Notes: generated by a model not told the origin, from the sequence alone. A stretch of 64,000 nt of DNA from Lama glama (GCA_028534125.1 CM052823.1:81220001-81284000), one strand, 5' to 3'; counted from the stretch's first letter, positions 50,511 through 62,490 are shown. Program-made: numbers and translations.

Positions 50511-51099
50511 GGGAAGTGGAGAGGCAGTATCTCATTAAAGAACTTGCCCAAAGTCAAACAAGTAGTAAGTGTTGGAAGTGGACCTCAAACCCAAACCCCC
50601 TGGCTCCTGGTCTGGGGGCCTGACCACTACACTTGACTCACTAAAGTTTTAATGTGAGCAAAACCAGACCTAGGTCCTGCTTTCACGGAGCTTACCACCA
50701 AACTGGGGAGACAGGTATTTAGGTAATGATTATTCCAAGAGAAAATTACAGCTATGAGAACACCTAAGAGAACAAAGAATAAGGAGATGTGGCCAAGTCA
50801 AGAAACTTAGAGAAATTTCCCCTGAAGAAATGAAGATTGAGTTTAGAATTGGAGAAAGAGTGATGTGAGCTAGGCAAACAGGGGAAGAGAGCAGAGCATG
50901 TCAGGGCAGGGGACCACATGAGCAAAGACCAGGCAGGAAGATATGTTGGAAGAAAATCTCAGAATGATCAACAGGGAAGGCAATTTTTATCATCTTTTAT
51001 CTCTTCACTTATTCACTCAGTTGTTCTAAAACTGAAGTGGCCAACTTATCTGATTTGACAGGACAACTGGTCACCCTACCTTAAATCTATCCAGAGTAG

Positions 51100-51233
51100 G
51101 GGGAGGGCATAGCTCAAGTGGTAGAGGGCATGCTCAGTATGCATGAGGTCCTGGGTTCAATTCCCCAGTACCTCCTCTAAGAATAAATCAATGAATAAAC
51201 CTAAATACCTCTCCCCACCAAAAAACAAAAAAA
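51100..51233 (+). mobile_element. Vic-1-like SINE with 8-bp TSD
   Basis: ggggagggcatagctcaagtggtagagggcatgctcagtatgcatgaggtcctgggttcaattccccagtacctcc plus A tail; TSD cagagtag at 51092-51099 and 51234-51241. Confidence 0.92.
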
Positions 51234-52406
51234 CAGAGTAGAATATGCCACGACCTTGGGACCACTTTAGGGAAGTAAGCCCCATTGTCCCCAAAGGATT
51301 CCAGTACAACAGCAAAGCTTTTCTGAATGGCATACTGTTTCATAATCAGATTTCTTGAAAGAAAGAAAAAGAAAATTCTGATTCTAGCCAGAGTTGCAGG
51401 GAAAGAAGAAGAAAGTTTGGAGGGGAAAAAAAAAACTTTCCAGCAAGAAAACACAGCCTCTGTTTACTTTCTTTCCTGGAATCCACAGAAGGAAAAACTG
51501 TGGTGTGAGGCTGCAGGATGGCTAGCAAAGTCAGGCCAGAATAGACAAAGAAAACTGAATTAATCAGACTAGTGAAAACAGCTTTCCTTCCATCTCTTAT
51601 CATCATCGTATTTGACAACAAAACGGTGAAGAGCAAAAGCAACAAACAAGAAGAACAGAGGAAACAGGAGTGCTAAAGAGAACGGGGAGACGGCAGCCTG
51701 TGATGGCAGCTCTAGACCCCAAAGCTTTTTTTTAAAGAGCAGCTATAAAATAAATTCATTCAAGACAAACTTAGGCGTTTCTGCTGGGTTCAAAACAACA
51801 TCCTAACGACCTGAAAAGCTGACACAGCTTTATAAAGCCCCTCATTGGAGCGATTTCCGCCTTGGCTCAGTTGGCTTCACCATCATGGTGCAGTGATGTT
51901 GGGGTGTCACAAGACCTGGGGGATGTTATAAAGATTAGTAACTATATTATCCAAATTGAGGAATTCAGGCAAAGAAATATTTTTAAGACAGTAAGTAAGT
52001 GGGAGTGTGGGATGCTCAGGGCAGGGCAAAATTCGAGAAGGCAGGAGTGAGAGAAGAGATGCTCACTTGGGCTCAGGCAGAATCTGCTTGTCACCAAAGA
52101 TGAGCAACAGCTAAGAGCTGAATCTCCAGCGGCCTAGCAGTGACTAAATTCTCGTTCACGTTCTTCCATCCTGTCACAGTCCTAGAAATTCTGAAGTCAG
52201 TGTTGCCTACGTGCAAACCATAGGCCTGACCACGGCAGGCAGGGACAGACAGAGAGGTGGCTACATTTATCTCATGGGTTTGCTCCATCCTGAGCAGAGG
52301 GCATGGCCCAGAGGATTTCAGAGCAATCATGAAGTAATGGTCTTCAGAGGACCCCTCTCACTACTCCTATGTCTGGGAATATTTTCAGTACATTAGCAAA
52401 GTGAAA

Positions 52407-52407
<1 letters not shown>

Positions 52408-52448
<41 letters not shown>
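52408..52448. repeat. Perfect (CA)20 microsatellite
   Basis: Uninterrupted CA run read directly from the sequence. Confidence 0.97.
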
Positions 52449-52450
<2 letters not shown>

Positions 52451-53329
52451 CTTAGCAATTTAAGCAAAGTATGTGAAGATATTTCACAAACTCTTTTGGG
52501 GTCATATTAATACCTGTGACTCCTGTCTTACGCACTTGAGTCCCCAGCACCAGCCAGTGCATGGGAGGTGCTGGACAAATACGGAGCTGAGCAGAAGCAC
52601 CCAGGCCAGGCATCACAGGCCGAAGACAGGCCCTGACTCCTATCAGGGCCTTTCACTGTAGAATCCTTGGCTTTGCCCTAAGCCAACTCAGTTGCCTGCA
52701 GTCACCCACTTAATGATGTCCTTACCCGAAAGAAAATGAAATCATTCATTCTTGCATGAAATTTGAGGAATCCTCAAACCTGGGGGCTGAGTTAGGAATA
52801 GAGAAATCACTTGCTGCAAGGAATCTAATATTAGAAATGTCATGGCTGTACCCAGCGTCTCCTTCTGACTAATTCTGAGGAAGTTGTGCTGCCCCAGGAG
52901 CTTGGTGTCACAAAGAGGGCAGCCCCACATCTCCCCAGCCTGTCTGCTCACCTTCCAGGTGACAGGGGCTGACTCCCTCAAAGGCTTTGACTTAATTAAT
53001 ATTCTTCCCCTCAAAACCACAGCCTCATCCCCAGATTCTTATCACTGGTCTGTCTTTATCTCTTCCAAAGACATGAGAAAAGTGACAATTTCAGAAGACA
53101 TGCCTGGAAAAGGAAAAGTTCCTATCTCATACAACTGGGACAAATTTCCTCACTCGTAACAAAATCATCGGATTTCCTCACCACTGACTCACAGAGATGT
53201 GAGATTTAAATGAGTTCATACAAACAAGACTGTTAAAAAGTGCCTGGCACAGCAAAAGCACTCAATAAATATTAGCTTAAAAAGTGCTGAGTATCAGTTT
53301 GGATATAAATACATATATAAAGAGATATA

Positions 53330-53900
53330 AGTAAGATCATACCTAAGAAGCACATGATTCTACTTTTGGGAATCTATAAAAAAAATACTCATAGATTCAG
53401 AGCAAGATTTATGTATAAAGATGGTCATCAGAGCATTTTGTAATAGACAAAGAAAAAAAGAAACCTGGAAACAACCTAACTGTCCAACAATAAAGAAATA
53501 AACTTCACTAGTTTTCAAAAGCATGTTTTTGAAGAATTTTTAATGTTATAAGGAAATTATCATGACAGGTTAAGAGGGCTATAAACCATTCACATATGAT
53601 TTTTTTTTTTAGTTTAGTTTTTTTTTTTGAGGGGGAGGAGGGAGGTAATTAGGTTTATTTATTTTTAGAGGAGGTACTGGGGATTGAACCCAGGGCCTCA
53701 TGCGTGCTAAGCATGCGCTCTACCCACTTGAGCTACACCCTCCCCCTTGATCTTAGTTACAGACACTCCAAATAAACATTTATGGAACAAACATTTCCAT
53801 AAGAAAAGACTGGAAGAAAATATTCCAGGTATTGTTTGTGTGGCTTTCTGAGTAGGGAGATTCTTTATTCACTTCAGAATTTTGCAGATTGTATTAATTC
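53330..53900 (+). mobile_element. Ancient L1 3' fragment interrupted by a SINE
   Basis: gattctacttttgggaatctat...aagatggtcatcagagcattttgtaatag...ctggaaacaacctaactgtccaacaata; continues after the SINE with gaaaagactggaagaaaatattcca. Confidence 0.7.
53614..53746 (-). mobile_element. Vic-1-like SINE nested in an old L1 3' fragment
   Basis: Reverse strand reads gggggagggtgtagctcaagtgggtagagcgcatgcttagcacgcatgaggccctgggttcaatccccagtacctcc...aattacctcc plus poly-A; flanks tgat..ttagtt. Confidence 0.9.
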
Positions 53901-55564
53901 TACATATAGACAAAATATGAAACAGTTAAGAGTCCACTATAATACTACAACTAAAACTAAAACAATGTAAGTTCCTAGACTAGTCTGGTGGCAGGGAGCA
54001 GAGAAGATAATCTTGAAGCTGAGTCCTCAGCATTTGATGAACCTGGCGGGTCACCCAGGGGACAGAGAGGACATTCCAGACAGCCCTAAAACTTTCTAGC
54101 TTGAGCAACAGCATAGACAAATGATGGTGTCACGAACCACAGTAGGAAATGTAGAAAGAAAGGAAGAAGAATAGGTGGGGAGGCAAGAAAATAAACTCAG
54201 TTTGTCCTCCTTGGGTTTATAGTGTCAAAAGTGGACCCAGGTAGAGAAGCCCAGTCCAGAGCTGGCTAAGTGCAGGGCTAAAGCTTAGAGAAGAGATTTT
54301 GCTATACTTTAGGGTTTGAGTCACAATCGTGTATCCCTGAAGCCAGGGCTTGCACGAGGATGCTCCAGTATTCTGTGTGTTGCACAAAGGAGACAATCAG
54401 ACTTTGCTCCCACAGAGGCTCAGACACTCGGGCTCTGGAGCCCTACTCCTTCCTCCCGAAATGTGACCTGAAGCAGCCCCTGCCTCCTGCAGTCACAAGA
54501 CTGCTGTTGGATTATAGTGAAGACTCACTGTGACTTCAGTGATGTTTGGTGCTGTGGGTGCTGCTTCCATTGAGGACTACAGAGCACTCTGAGTCAACCA
54601 CATAGAACTTACTACTGTATATTTCATAGGAATGGTGTTCAAGACAATGACCACTGCCTCACACAGTGGCCTCTTTTTACAATAACCCACAGGGAAACCA
54701 TTTCAGGCTTCAGGACCAGGAAAAAAGGGAGCAACTGGATGCCATGAATCCTGTAACTGCTCCTATTTCCCTCTTTGACTTGGCCAGTAGGAAGCTCAGA
54801 ACCAAATCTGTGGCACATCTTCTGCAACCTTGTATAATCCCAGAGTGTGAATTTCAGGATGCTAATCTATCAACATTTCTGTCTTTGTTGTTTCATTCCC
54901 TTTATTTTCTCTTTGTCCCAATTTCTTCAACTACGAATTTTCACAAACCACTTAAAGTCAAAATTTTTCTGACTCTGTTTCTATCTCCTGAAATTGCCCA
55001 AAAGAATTCTAGGCCCTCTTCCCACAACAAATCCACTAAACCTTACTATTTTAGGCACTAGAGCTCCACCTCCTTGAACAATTTCTCCTAGTTGTGAGCT
55101 TCTAAAGAATCTTTCGTCCTTCCAGTCTCTCCACTGCCGCGCTCACAGCAGCCACATGCAAGGGCTGATTCCCATGCTTGCTCTCCCACTGGACTGGGAA
55201 CTCCTGAAACATAGAGGTCAGGCCCTGTTTGCCTCTACCTAGTACCCAGCCAGGGTGCAGAGCACAAGATAGTAAAATGTGCTCAATAAGTATTTGTTGA
55301 GGACATGAATGAATGAATGAACTTCCTCACTCACACACATGGCCCAGGAAGAAAAGGGAGAGCCCAGGTCAGTCCAGCTGTTTGTGAACCTTTCCATCTG
55401 ACAACTGTCCTGAACATCCTTAAGGCCCCCGGCAATGGGGCCAGAGCTGATTCTCCCAGCTAAATCCAGAGTAAATACACAGAAGACAGAATTGGTACTC
55501 TGAGGGCAGCTGGGATAAATTTTCACAGAAAGAAATGATTTCACAGATCAAAAATGCAAGATGC

Positions 55565-55844
55565 CTGGTCACCAAAGGGGAAAGGGCAGGGAGGGATAAA
55601 TTGGGGGTTGGAGATTAATCAGTACACATTAATATGCATAAAACAGATAAACAACAAGGACCTACTGTATAGCACAGGGAGCTATATTTAATTTCTTGTA
55701 ATAACATAATGGAAAGAATCTGAAAAGAAAATATATATATATACATATATATATATGCATGTATATGTATAACTGAATCACTTTGCTGTACACCTGAAAC
55801 TAACATTGTAAATCAACTACATGTCAATAAAAATTTTTTTTTTT
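55565..55844 (+). mobile_element. 5'-truncated LINE-1 3' UTR (same family as 21961-22443) with TSD
   Basis: agataaacaacaaggacctactgtatagcacagggagctatatt...tgtacacctgaaactaacattgtaaatcaactac; TSD aatgcaagatgc at 55553-55564 and 55845-55856. Confidence 0.92.
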
Positions 55845-56289
55845 AATGCAAGATGCTGGATGCTCCAATTAGTACTTATTTTGGCCACACACTTTACATT
55901 GGTGCTAATTATATGCCAGGCATTGTTCTGAGCTCTCTACAAATGCCATTTTTTTAACCCTTGTCACAACTTCATAAGATGAGTATTAGATCTATCCCTG
56001 TTTTATTTTCACATGGTCCTTTCAGCATTCAAGTCAGGTATCCTGAAATGAAGGAAGATGTAGCTATTCAGTCACTGAATAAAAGAAAATTAGTTACATA
56101 GAGTTCCAATATATAAATGGCTGACAATTCAAATGTTAGCCTTTGCTCTGAGACCAGATCCCACAGAACACCACATCGCTCACCGAACACTAATTAAGCG
56201 TCCACCAGCTCTGCCCGCCACAAGTTCACAGCCTGGTGGAGGACATACCACACACCCAGACAAATAAGAGCCCCAATATGGTGCTGGCA

Positions 56290-56830
56290 GCAAGAGGAGA
56301 AGGCTTCCTGGAGGGGGTGATGTCTTGAGTTCTGCTTTAATAAATGGACCAGCATTCCCGGGGAGCAGCAGAGAGAGAAGCAACAGTGCAAAGGTGCAGG
56401 GATGCGAAATGGCTCTGGGAGGAGCTAGTGGCAGCCTGGGGTAGCGAGGAACGTAGAGAGGGGAGCAGAGGGGTGAGGGGTTATCATTTAGGTGGTGGCC
56501 TTGGCTGCAATACTAAGAAGCCACTAGCAAGTGTAAAAGTTATATAATAGTCATTTCTGTTCAAGGAAGATTCTTCGGGCAGCAGCATGAGGGAGGGTGG
56601 TGAGACTAAACAGAGTGAGACCACTTAGGAGGCCGTGCCAGTAAACCAAACAAGAAACAGTGTGCACCTGGACGAGGGCACTGGGTTCGGGGATATTTGG
56701 GAACCTGAAGCTTTGGGCTGATTGGGCAGCTGGTAAAAGAGCGTAAGATGACACCCCAGCTCCTGATTTAGAGACCAGGGGGGCAGTGCTTGCCATGAGA
56801 TGGGGAGCAGTCTGGAGCATGCTTGCAGGG
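56290..56830 (-). mobile_element. LINE-2 fragment
   Basis: gaaggcttcctggagggggtgatgtcttgag...aggaagattcttcgggcagcag...gagaccacttaggaggc. Confidence 0.6.
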
Positions 56831-58482
56831 ACCAAAGACAAGCTCAGACAGTCTCTAAGCTTGGGAAAGCCAAACTGGGCGGCAGATATCTTCTTCATTA
56901 TCTCAGAGAAGTTACTCAGAGTCTAGTTCACATCTCCTTTAAATAAAATATGATGCATTTCATTCTGTCATCATAGTGAAAAATCATTGCCCTTTCCTGG
57001 GAATTAATAACCTTTCGAATTAATAACCTTTGGGTAGGAAAATTGGTTCCATTAATACCTCCCCTTGGACTTTGTAGGTTCATCATCTCTCTGTCCTGCT
57101 GTCCCCTGAAACTAAAAGCCCAAGACTTATGTTTGAGAAGCCTGAATGACTTTATGCTCAGAAAGGAAGATCAGGGTTCTTAGTAATTGGGCTGAACTGC
57201 ATTTACTGACTTAAAATGCTGGTACGGCCTTGAGCCTGCCCCTCAGCCACAGGGGAGCCCACCCTTGGCTGGAAGGGATGGGGAGAGCACCCCACCCCCC
57301 AGTTCTTGGCCTGATTCCTAATCTTGGCAGAGAGGATGTCACCCACGTTGGGGTGCCACCACCCAGGAACATGGCACCTCCTCAGGCCTCCCCCACCCCT
57401 GACCAGAAAGGTATGTCTTTGGCTGACACCACGGTCTTGACCGCTGTTGGGCTGCCTTGCAGAGTCGGGTGACTGTCCACACTCCACAAAGTGGCTCAGA
57501 GTCAGGATGAGGCTCCCCCAAAACAGAGGCTAGAAGGACTTTCAGGGAAACAATACAAGGTGAATTCTTAAAAACAATGTTTTTCTTCTTATCCCATCCT
57601 CTTCCGATCTTTGAAAGATTCCTAATAGGTATTCATTTGGCTTTTTTGCTGAAAAACTCCTTAGCAGCAACTTATAATCAAGAGCAAAACGTCCAGACTC
57701 CTCAGCATCCCAGAGCCCCCACACTCTGGCTGCCCAGGCTTCTGCCTCCTAACACCTGCAGCATCCCAAACCTCTGAGCCTTTACCCAGCTGTTCCCTCA
57801 GCTCACCCACCCACGCATACACACAAGCCCTTCAAGGGCAGCATCAGCATCACTGTCCCTGAGAAGTCCTCCCTGAATGCCGCTCCCCATCAAGCAAAAG
57901 TCACCACTCCTCTTGCAACCCTCCCTACCACAGCCCTACCTGGTCTGTGCAAGGCCACATGATACAATGTGTCTGTGAGTGAGAACTGGTTGAGACACAC
58001 GAGAGTGTGCACAGTGTCATTTAACTAAGATGTTTTATGTGCTGTCTCCCTAGCATTGGGATATAGGGAACTGGAGTCAGAAACACCAGGTTCAAATGCT
58101 ACCACTTATTGGCAGTGTGATTTTGGATGAAATGATTATCCTCCCTGAACTGTAGTCCCACTTGCTTCTCCCATATTCCCACTGTCCTAGAGTTACTCTA
58201 GTATCTGACTGGCTGGTCCTAGTCTCCAGGATGGCATTATGGAGAATCTGGCCCCCTGCACCTCTTTGTTGGGTCCTCCTAGGTCACCCTCCATCATTTT
58301 CCAAGAGAGAAATGACCATTCCATTGGAAATGCTCTTTAGGGCTTCCCAAAGCTGCAGCTCACCTCCACCACCTCACAGTAACCCCATTATCTAGTGCTC
58401 TTAGAAACCTTTGGGATGTCCCAGAGCCAGCAGAGATGGAATAGATGCCAGGTTAAGCACCATCCCCAATCTTATATTCCAG

Positions 58483-58670
58483 AGCCATTTGGAAGAGGAT
58501 CTCAAGCGGTTGAAACAAACGAAACATCACAGGAAACAGAAACAAGATTCCTGCTCTTTAAGGACAAAACCGATAAGGGCTGTCAGATTCGGCTCAACCA
58601 CCCAGACACGTTACAGCAGTGCGCCTTCAACTCCTCGTTGCCCCTGGTGATGATAATCCACGGGTGGTCG
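58483..58670 (+). CDS. LIPC: Hepatic triacylglycerol lipase, coding exon 2 (188 nt; phase 1 start, phase 0 end)
   Basis: Acceptor ttccag|AG at 58481-58482 and donor TCG|gtagga at 58671. Translates (E)PFGRGSQAVETNETSQETETRFLLFKDKTDKGCQIRLNHPDTLQQCAFNSSLPLVMIIHGWS, matching recalled human HL EPFGRRAQAVETNKTLHEMKTRFLLFGETNQGCQIRINHPDTLQECGFNSSLPLVMIIHGWS, including the IIHGW motif and the Cys pair. Confidence 0.97.
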
Positions 58671-59029
58671 GTAGGAAATGCTGACACGCCTTTTCCCTCT
58701 CCTTTTATGTTTTCTTTTATTTCCTCCCTAGTGTGTTCAATTTTAATAAAAAGATAGGGAGCTGGTGATAACAACTTCTTGCATAATATTTGTAAAGCAT
58801 ACTCTAATTTTCCAAGTGCTTCCCCACACATTATCTCATTGATTATCTCAATTCCATGAGTAAGCAGGGCAGGGAAAGTATAATTATCTCCACATTTCAA
58901 GTAATAAAATGTGGCTCAAATAGGTCAAACAGCACATAAATGCCCATAAGAGATGGCAGTTCATGTGGGTGAATTTGCATGTTTCACAAGAGGAGGTAGG
59001 AAGCTGGAAGACATAGTCTCCCAATGAAA

Positions 59030-59560
59030 TGTTGTCTCTGTAAGGGTTAAATTCAGCTGCAAATTGGCAGTGGTTCAAATAAAACAGAAGTTTATTTCCA
59101 TTTCACACACAGTCCAGAGACATGTAATCCAAAACTGAATAAACAGCTTTGGTCAATGAAGTTCCTCAAGGACCCAGCTCATTTCCTGCTCAATACTTAG
59201 AGTGTGGCCCTCATCCCACAACCCAAGATGGCAGCTAGAGCACTAGCCATCACATCTGTATTCCAGGTAGCACAAGGCAGTAGAAGGTGTACACAAAAAA
59301 GTCAAAAAGCAGGGAATATTTTAAAAACAACTTTGAAAGATAATTCACATACCATACAATTCATCTATTTAAAGTGTACAATTCAATGACTTTTGGTATA
59401 TGTGTGTTTTGGGGGGTTACCTTCCAAGAAGCATCTGTGAATGCTTCTAACTACATCCATTGGCCATACCTAGATGGAAAGGTGGCTGAGTATGTAGCCT
59501 CTTGGAGAAAGTGTAGCTTTTTAGTGATGCTAAAATCTGTTACTGTGGCAGGAGTGGGGA
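59030..59560 (-). mobile_element. MaLR LTR (MLT1I/J/K-like) interrupted by a short L1MB 3'-end fragment (about 59318-59400)
   Basis: cagtggttcaaataaaacagaagtttattt...caaggacccagctc...caagatggcagctagagcactagccatcacatctgtattccagg; insert ataattcacataccatacaattcatctatttaaagtgtacaattcaatg. Confidence 0.7.
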
Positions 59561-61094
59561 AAGAATATTGTGGACAGTGATTGAAGTCAGACATGTTTCC
59601 AAGAGGAAATTCTGCCTTACTGGTTTCCAGCCCCCCCACCATTTGAAGCTTGGTTCACAATTTGAAACCTCTAGAAACCTGGGGTCTATTTCATGACTTA
59701 AAAACCTTTCCCTGCCATTTAGCTGAAAAATACTCTTGAAACCCCCCATCTATCCTTCCCTACAGGGCAAATCGAGCCCACCTGCCCCACCACCACTCTT
59801 TCAACAGCTGTGTACTAAGAGCTTGCTACGTGCAGGCTCCTACCCTCCACACAAACAAAACAGACCCTGTGCTTGGCCTCGTGGGGTAGTGGGGAGCCAC
59901 ATGATGTCACGTGGGTGTAGCCACGAGGTGGGGGCCTGCTATTCCCATCCCAGAAAAGCACGGAGGCTCTGCAGCCACCAGCAGCCTCCCTCTAGTATTT
60001 AAAAGGCCCCCATCCCAGGGAGGTCACAGGTTCCACCACACCACAGAGTTGGCAGTGAAGGCAGTGGGGGTGGGGGGGATCTCCAGATGGGACCTAACAT
60101 AGATGCGGCCCTGCAGGAGCTAGGCCCTTTACACTAGACATCAGCCCATTGAATCCCTACACACCCCCGACATGGCAGCTCAGAGAAGTCAAGCAGCAAC
60201 CACAGTTACACAGTCCTCACTGGGCAGAAATCCAAGACCAGAACCCTCGTGCTCCAAAGCCACATTCTCAAAGAGCCCACCACAGGGAGCCTTTGTCAAG
60301 GACAGGTTTGACAGGGGGCCCATCACCCAACAGGCTTCACATGGCAATCTCCTCACTGTAGCTCTTTCCAGCTGGGCCAGGAGCTCCGTCTCTGTTTCTT
60401 TAAGAAAAACATGGACTAGGAGGCAGAGGGCAGAACCCTGAGATGAAGCCTGTTTTTAAGGGAACTGAGGATCAGACAGGGAAAGCTCTCCCATGGGAGT
60501 GGGGCGGGGGAGGCATGGGTTAGAAGGCCAGTCGCTGTCAGGGAAGAACTTCCCCTCTCCTCAGCTGCTTTAGCCAAAGGGACCTTCCCTTACAAGAGAA
60601 AAAGAGAAAAGAAACAGGCAAGGAGGGAACGCTTTTGGGGCAGAGCTTTGGGGAGAGCAGAGCTGTGGACTTGGCACCTGACTCGGGGTAGGGACTGGAG
60701 CTGAGAGCCTCCGGGTAAGGAGGTCCTCATACTGCAGAGCAGGCACTCCCCTGCCTGACCCCGCCTCCCCTCACCTCTGCTCGAGCTCCTTCCCCATCCA
60801 TATGACTCCTCTCCTCTTGACTTGGTATATGTGTGTTTTGGGGGGGTTACCTTCCCAGAAGCATTGGCTCAGGCTGTGCCTTCTGCCTGGAGTGTCCTCC
60901 CCCTCTTCTCCTGCTGGACAGTATCCATTATATATTTGGTGCTAAAAAATATTTGTCAACTGAATCAATGGCTGACTAAACATCTTGTTTACAAACAGGA
61001 AGACAGCAGGGTCCTTTTACCAGGATCCTTTTACCAGAATGAATTCTTTGTTCTCAAAATCCATCCAGACTGGAATACATCTACCACTGCTAGT

Positions 61095-61330
61095 AATAAT
61101 AATAATCACAGCAGCTGCAGGAACTAACATTTACTGAGTCCTTACTATGTCGCAGGCACTGTTCTAAGTGCTTTGCATTGATTAACTCATTTCGTCTTCA
61201 CAACAATCCTGGAAAGAGGGCACTATTATTATCCCCATTTTCCAAACAAGGAACTGGGGCACTGAAAAGTTAAATAACTCGCCCAAGGTCACTCAGCTGG
61301 TAACTAGGACAGTCTGGATTTGAACCAAAC
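61095..61330 (-). mobile_element. MIR SINE (near full length) in intron 2
   Basis: taacatttactgagtccttactatgtcgcaggcactgttctaagtgcttt...tattattatccccatttt...gcccaaggtcactcagctggtaa...ggatttgaacc. Confidence 0.9.
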
Positions 61331-61937
61331 GTGCCCCCTCCACATAGAAGGCACTGGATAAACACTTATTATATGAACGCATCTTACCCTGGAATCATAT
61401 GCCAAACCACGCTGTCCAGCCCCACCTCCGCAGTCTAGTCATCAGCCACGTCAGACTTTTCTCCTCTCCCCAGACAGACACACCACACTGCCTTTCTGTG
61501 ACTCTGCACCTCTGCACGTGCTCTTCCTTCTGCCCGGACCTCCCCTGACCACACCCCAGCCCCCACTTTCACATGCCCACCTTGATACGTCTCAGTGAAC
61601 TCCTATTCATCCTTTAAGACACAGCACATGTGTCTTTGCAGGAGTGCCCTGCAAACTGGTACTGAAACAAGGTATATACACAGAACAATTCTGCATAAAC
61701 ACTTGCTGAGCTCCTACTATGTTCCAGCTCACAGGGCTAGTCCCTCTAAAGCAAGCAGAACACGGTGGATGAGAGGAGAGCGAGCGAGTCGGGATTCCCA
61801 TGTTGGGTAGAGCAGGCTTCCCAGAGGAGGTGAGCTGGAGCTCACCCTCAAAGGATAGACTGGCTTTCAGCACCTGATCTACAGACTTTTTCATTGTCTT
61901 AAGGCTTAGAAAGTCCTAAAACAGGGAAACTTTATGA

Positions 61938-62162
61938 CAATGGTTCTCATTTGAGAGCTGGGCTTATCCCCCAGGGGACATGTGGAAAGTCCGGAGACAT
62001 TTTTGGTTTTCACAACTCGATGCAGGGGAGAGGGGGTGCTGCTGGTATCTCATGGATGGAGGCCAGAGGTGCTGCCAAGCAGCCTACTGTGCACAGGACA
62101 GCCCCCACAGCAAAGACGTACCCAGCCCCACATGTCGTCGATGCTGAGGTCGGGAAGCCCTG
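61938..62162 (+). mobile_element. MER20 (hAT-Charlie), about 145 nt upstream of exon 3
   Basis: caatggttctca...cccccaggggacatgtggaaagtccggagacatttttggttttcacaact...gaggccagaggtgctgccaagcagcctac.gtgcacaggacagcccccacagcaaaga. Confidence 0.88.
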
Positions 62163-62307
62163 TGTTAAGCCCTTTCTCTTGAAGAGAAGGATCCAGCATG
62201 AGCCAAGAGTCGGAGGAGGAAAGAGGTAAACAGGGAGAAAGAGGAGCTAGCACAGTGTTCCCTCCACCCTCCCGGGGACACTGATGACCCTGTGGGCCCG
62301 CCCACAG

Positions 62308-62490
62308 GTAGACGGCTTGCTGGAAACCTGGACCTGGCAGATGGTGGCTGCACTGAAGTCCCAACAGGTCCAGCCAGTGAACGTGGGGATGGCAGACTGG
62401 ATGACCCTGGCCTACCACCATTACACCGTGGCCGTCCGCAACGCTCGCCTGGTTGGCCGGGAGATCGCAGCTCTCCTTAAGTGGCTGGAG
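62308..62490 (+). CDS. LIPC: Hepatic lipase coding exon 3 (183 nt, phase 0/0)
   Basis: Acceptor cccacag| and donor GAG|gtgaga. Translates VDGLLETWTWQMVAALKSQQVQPVNVGMADWMTLAYHHYTVAVRNARLVGREIAALLKWLE, homologous to human VDGVLENWIWQMVAALKSQPAQPVNVGLVDWITLAHDHYTIAVRNTRLVGKEVAALLRWLE; continues in frame from exon 2. Confidence 0.97.

Larger units (their letters stand above)
1..58482 (+). other. LIPC: LIPC intron 1 (3' part; exon 1 is upstream of the window)
   Basis: No signal-peptide exon (human MDTSPLCFS...) is recognisable upstream of exon 2. LIPC intron 1 is known to be very long in mammals, and this region is repeat-rich non-coding sequence. Confidence 0.85.
58671..62307 (+). other. LIPC: LIPC intron 2 (3637 nt, GT-AG)
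   Basis: gtagga...cccacag between in-frame exons 2 and 3. Confidence 0.95.

Noticed and set aside
53670-53746. tRNA-Ala(AGC)-like sequence (also at the other four SINEs)
   Set aside because: Followed by SINE body, A-rich tail and TSD; it is a SINE head, not a tRNA gene.
58395-58757. ORF-track extensions around the LIPC exons (also 62284-62562 and 62954-63199) as standalone proteins
   Set aside because: Lipase homology begins and ends exactly at AG/GT splice sites; the flanking residues are intron read-through.
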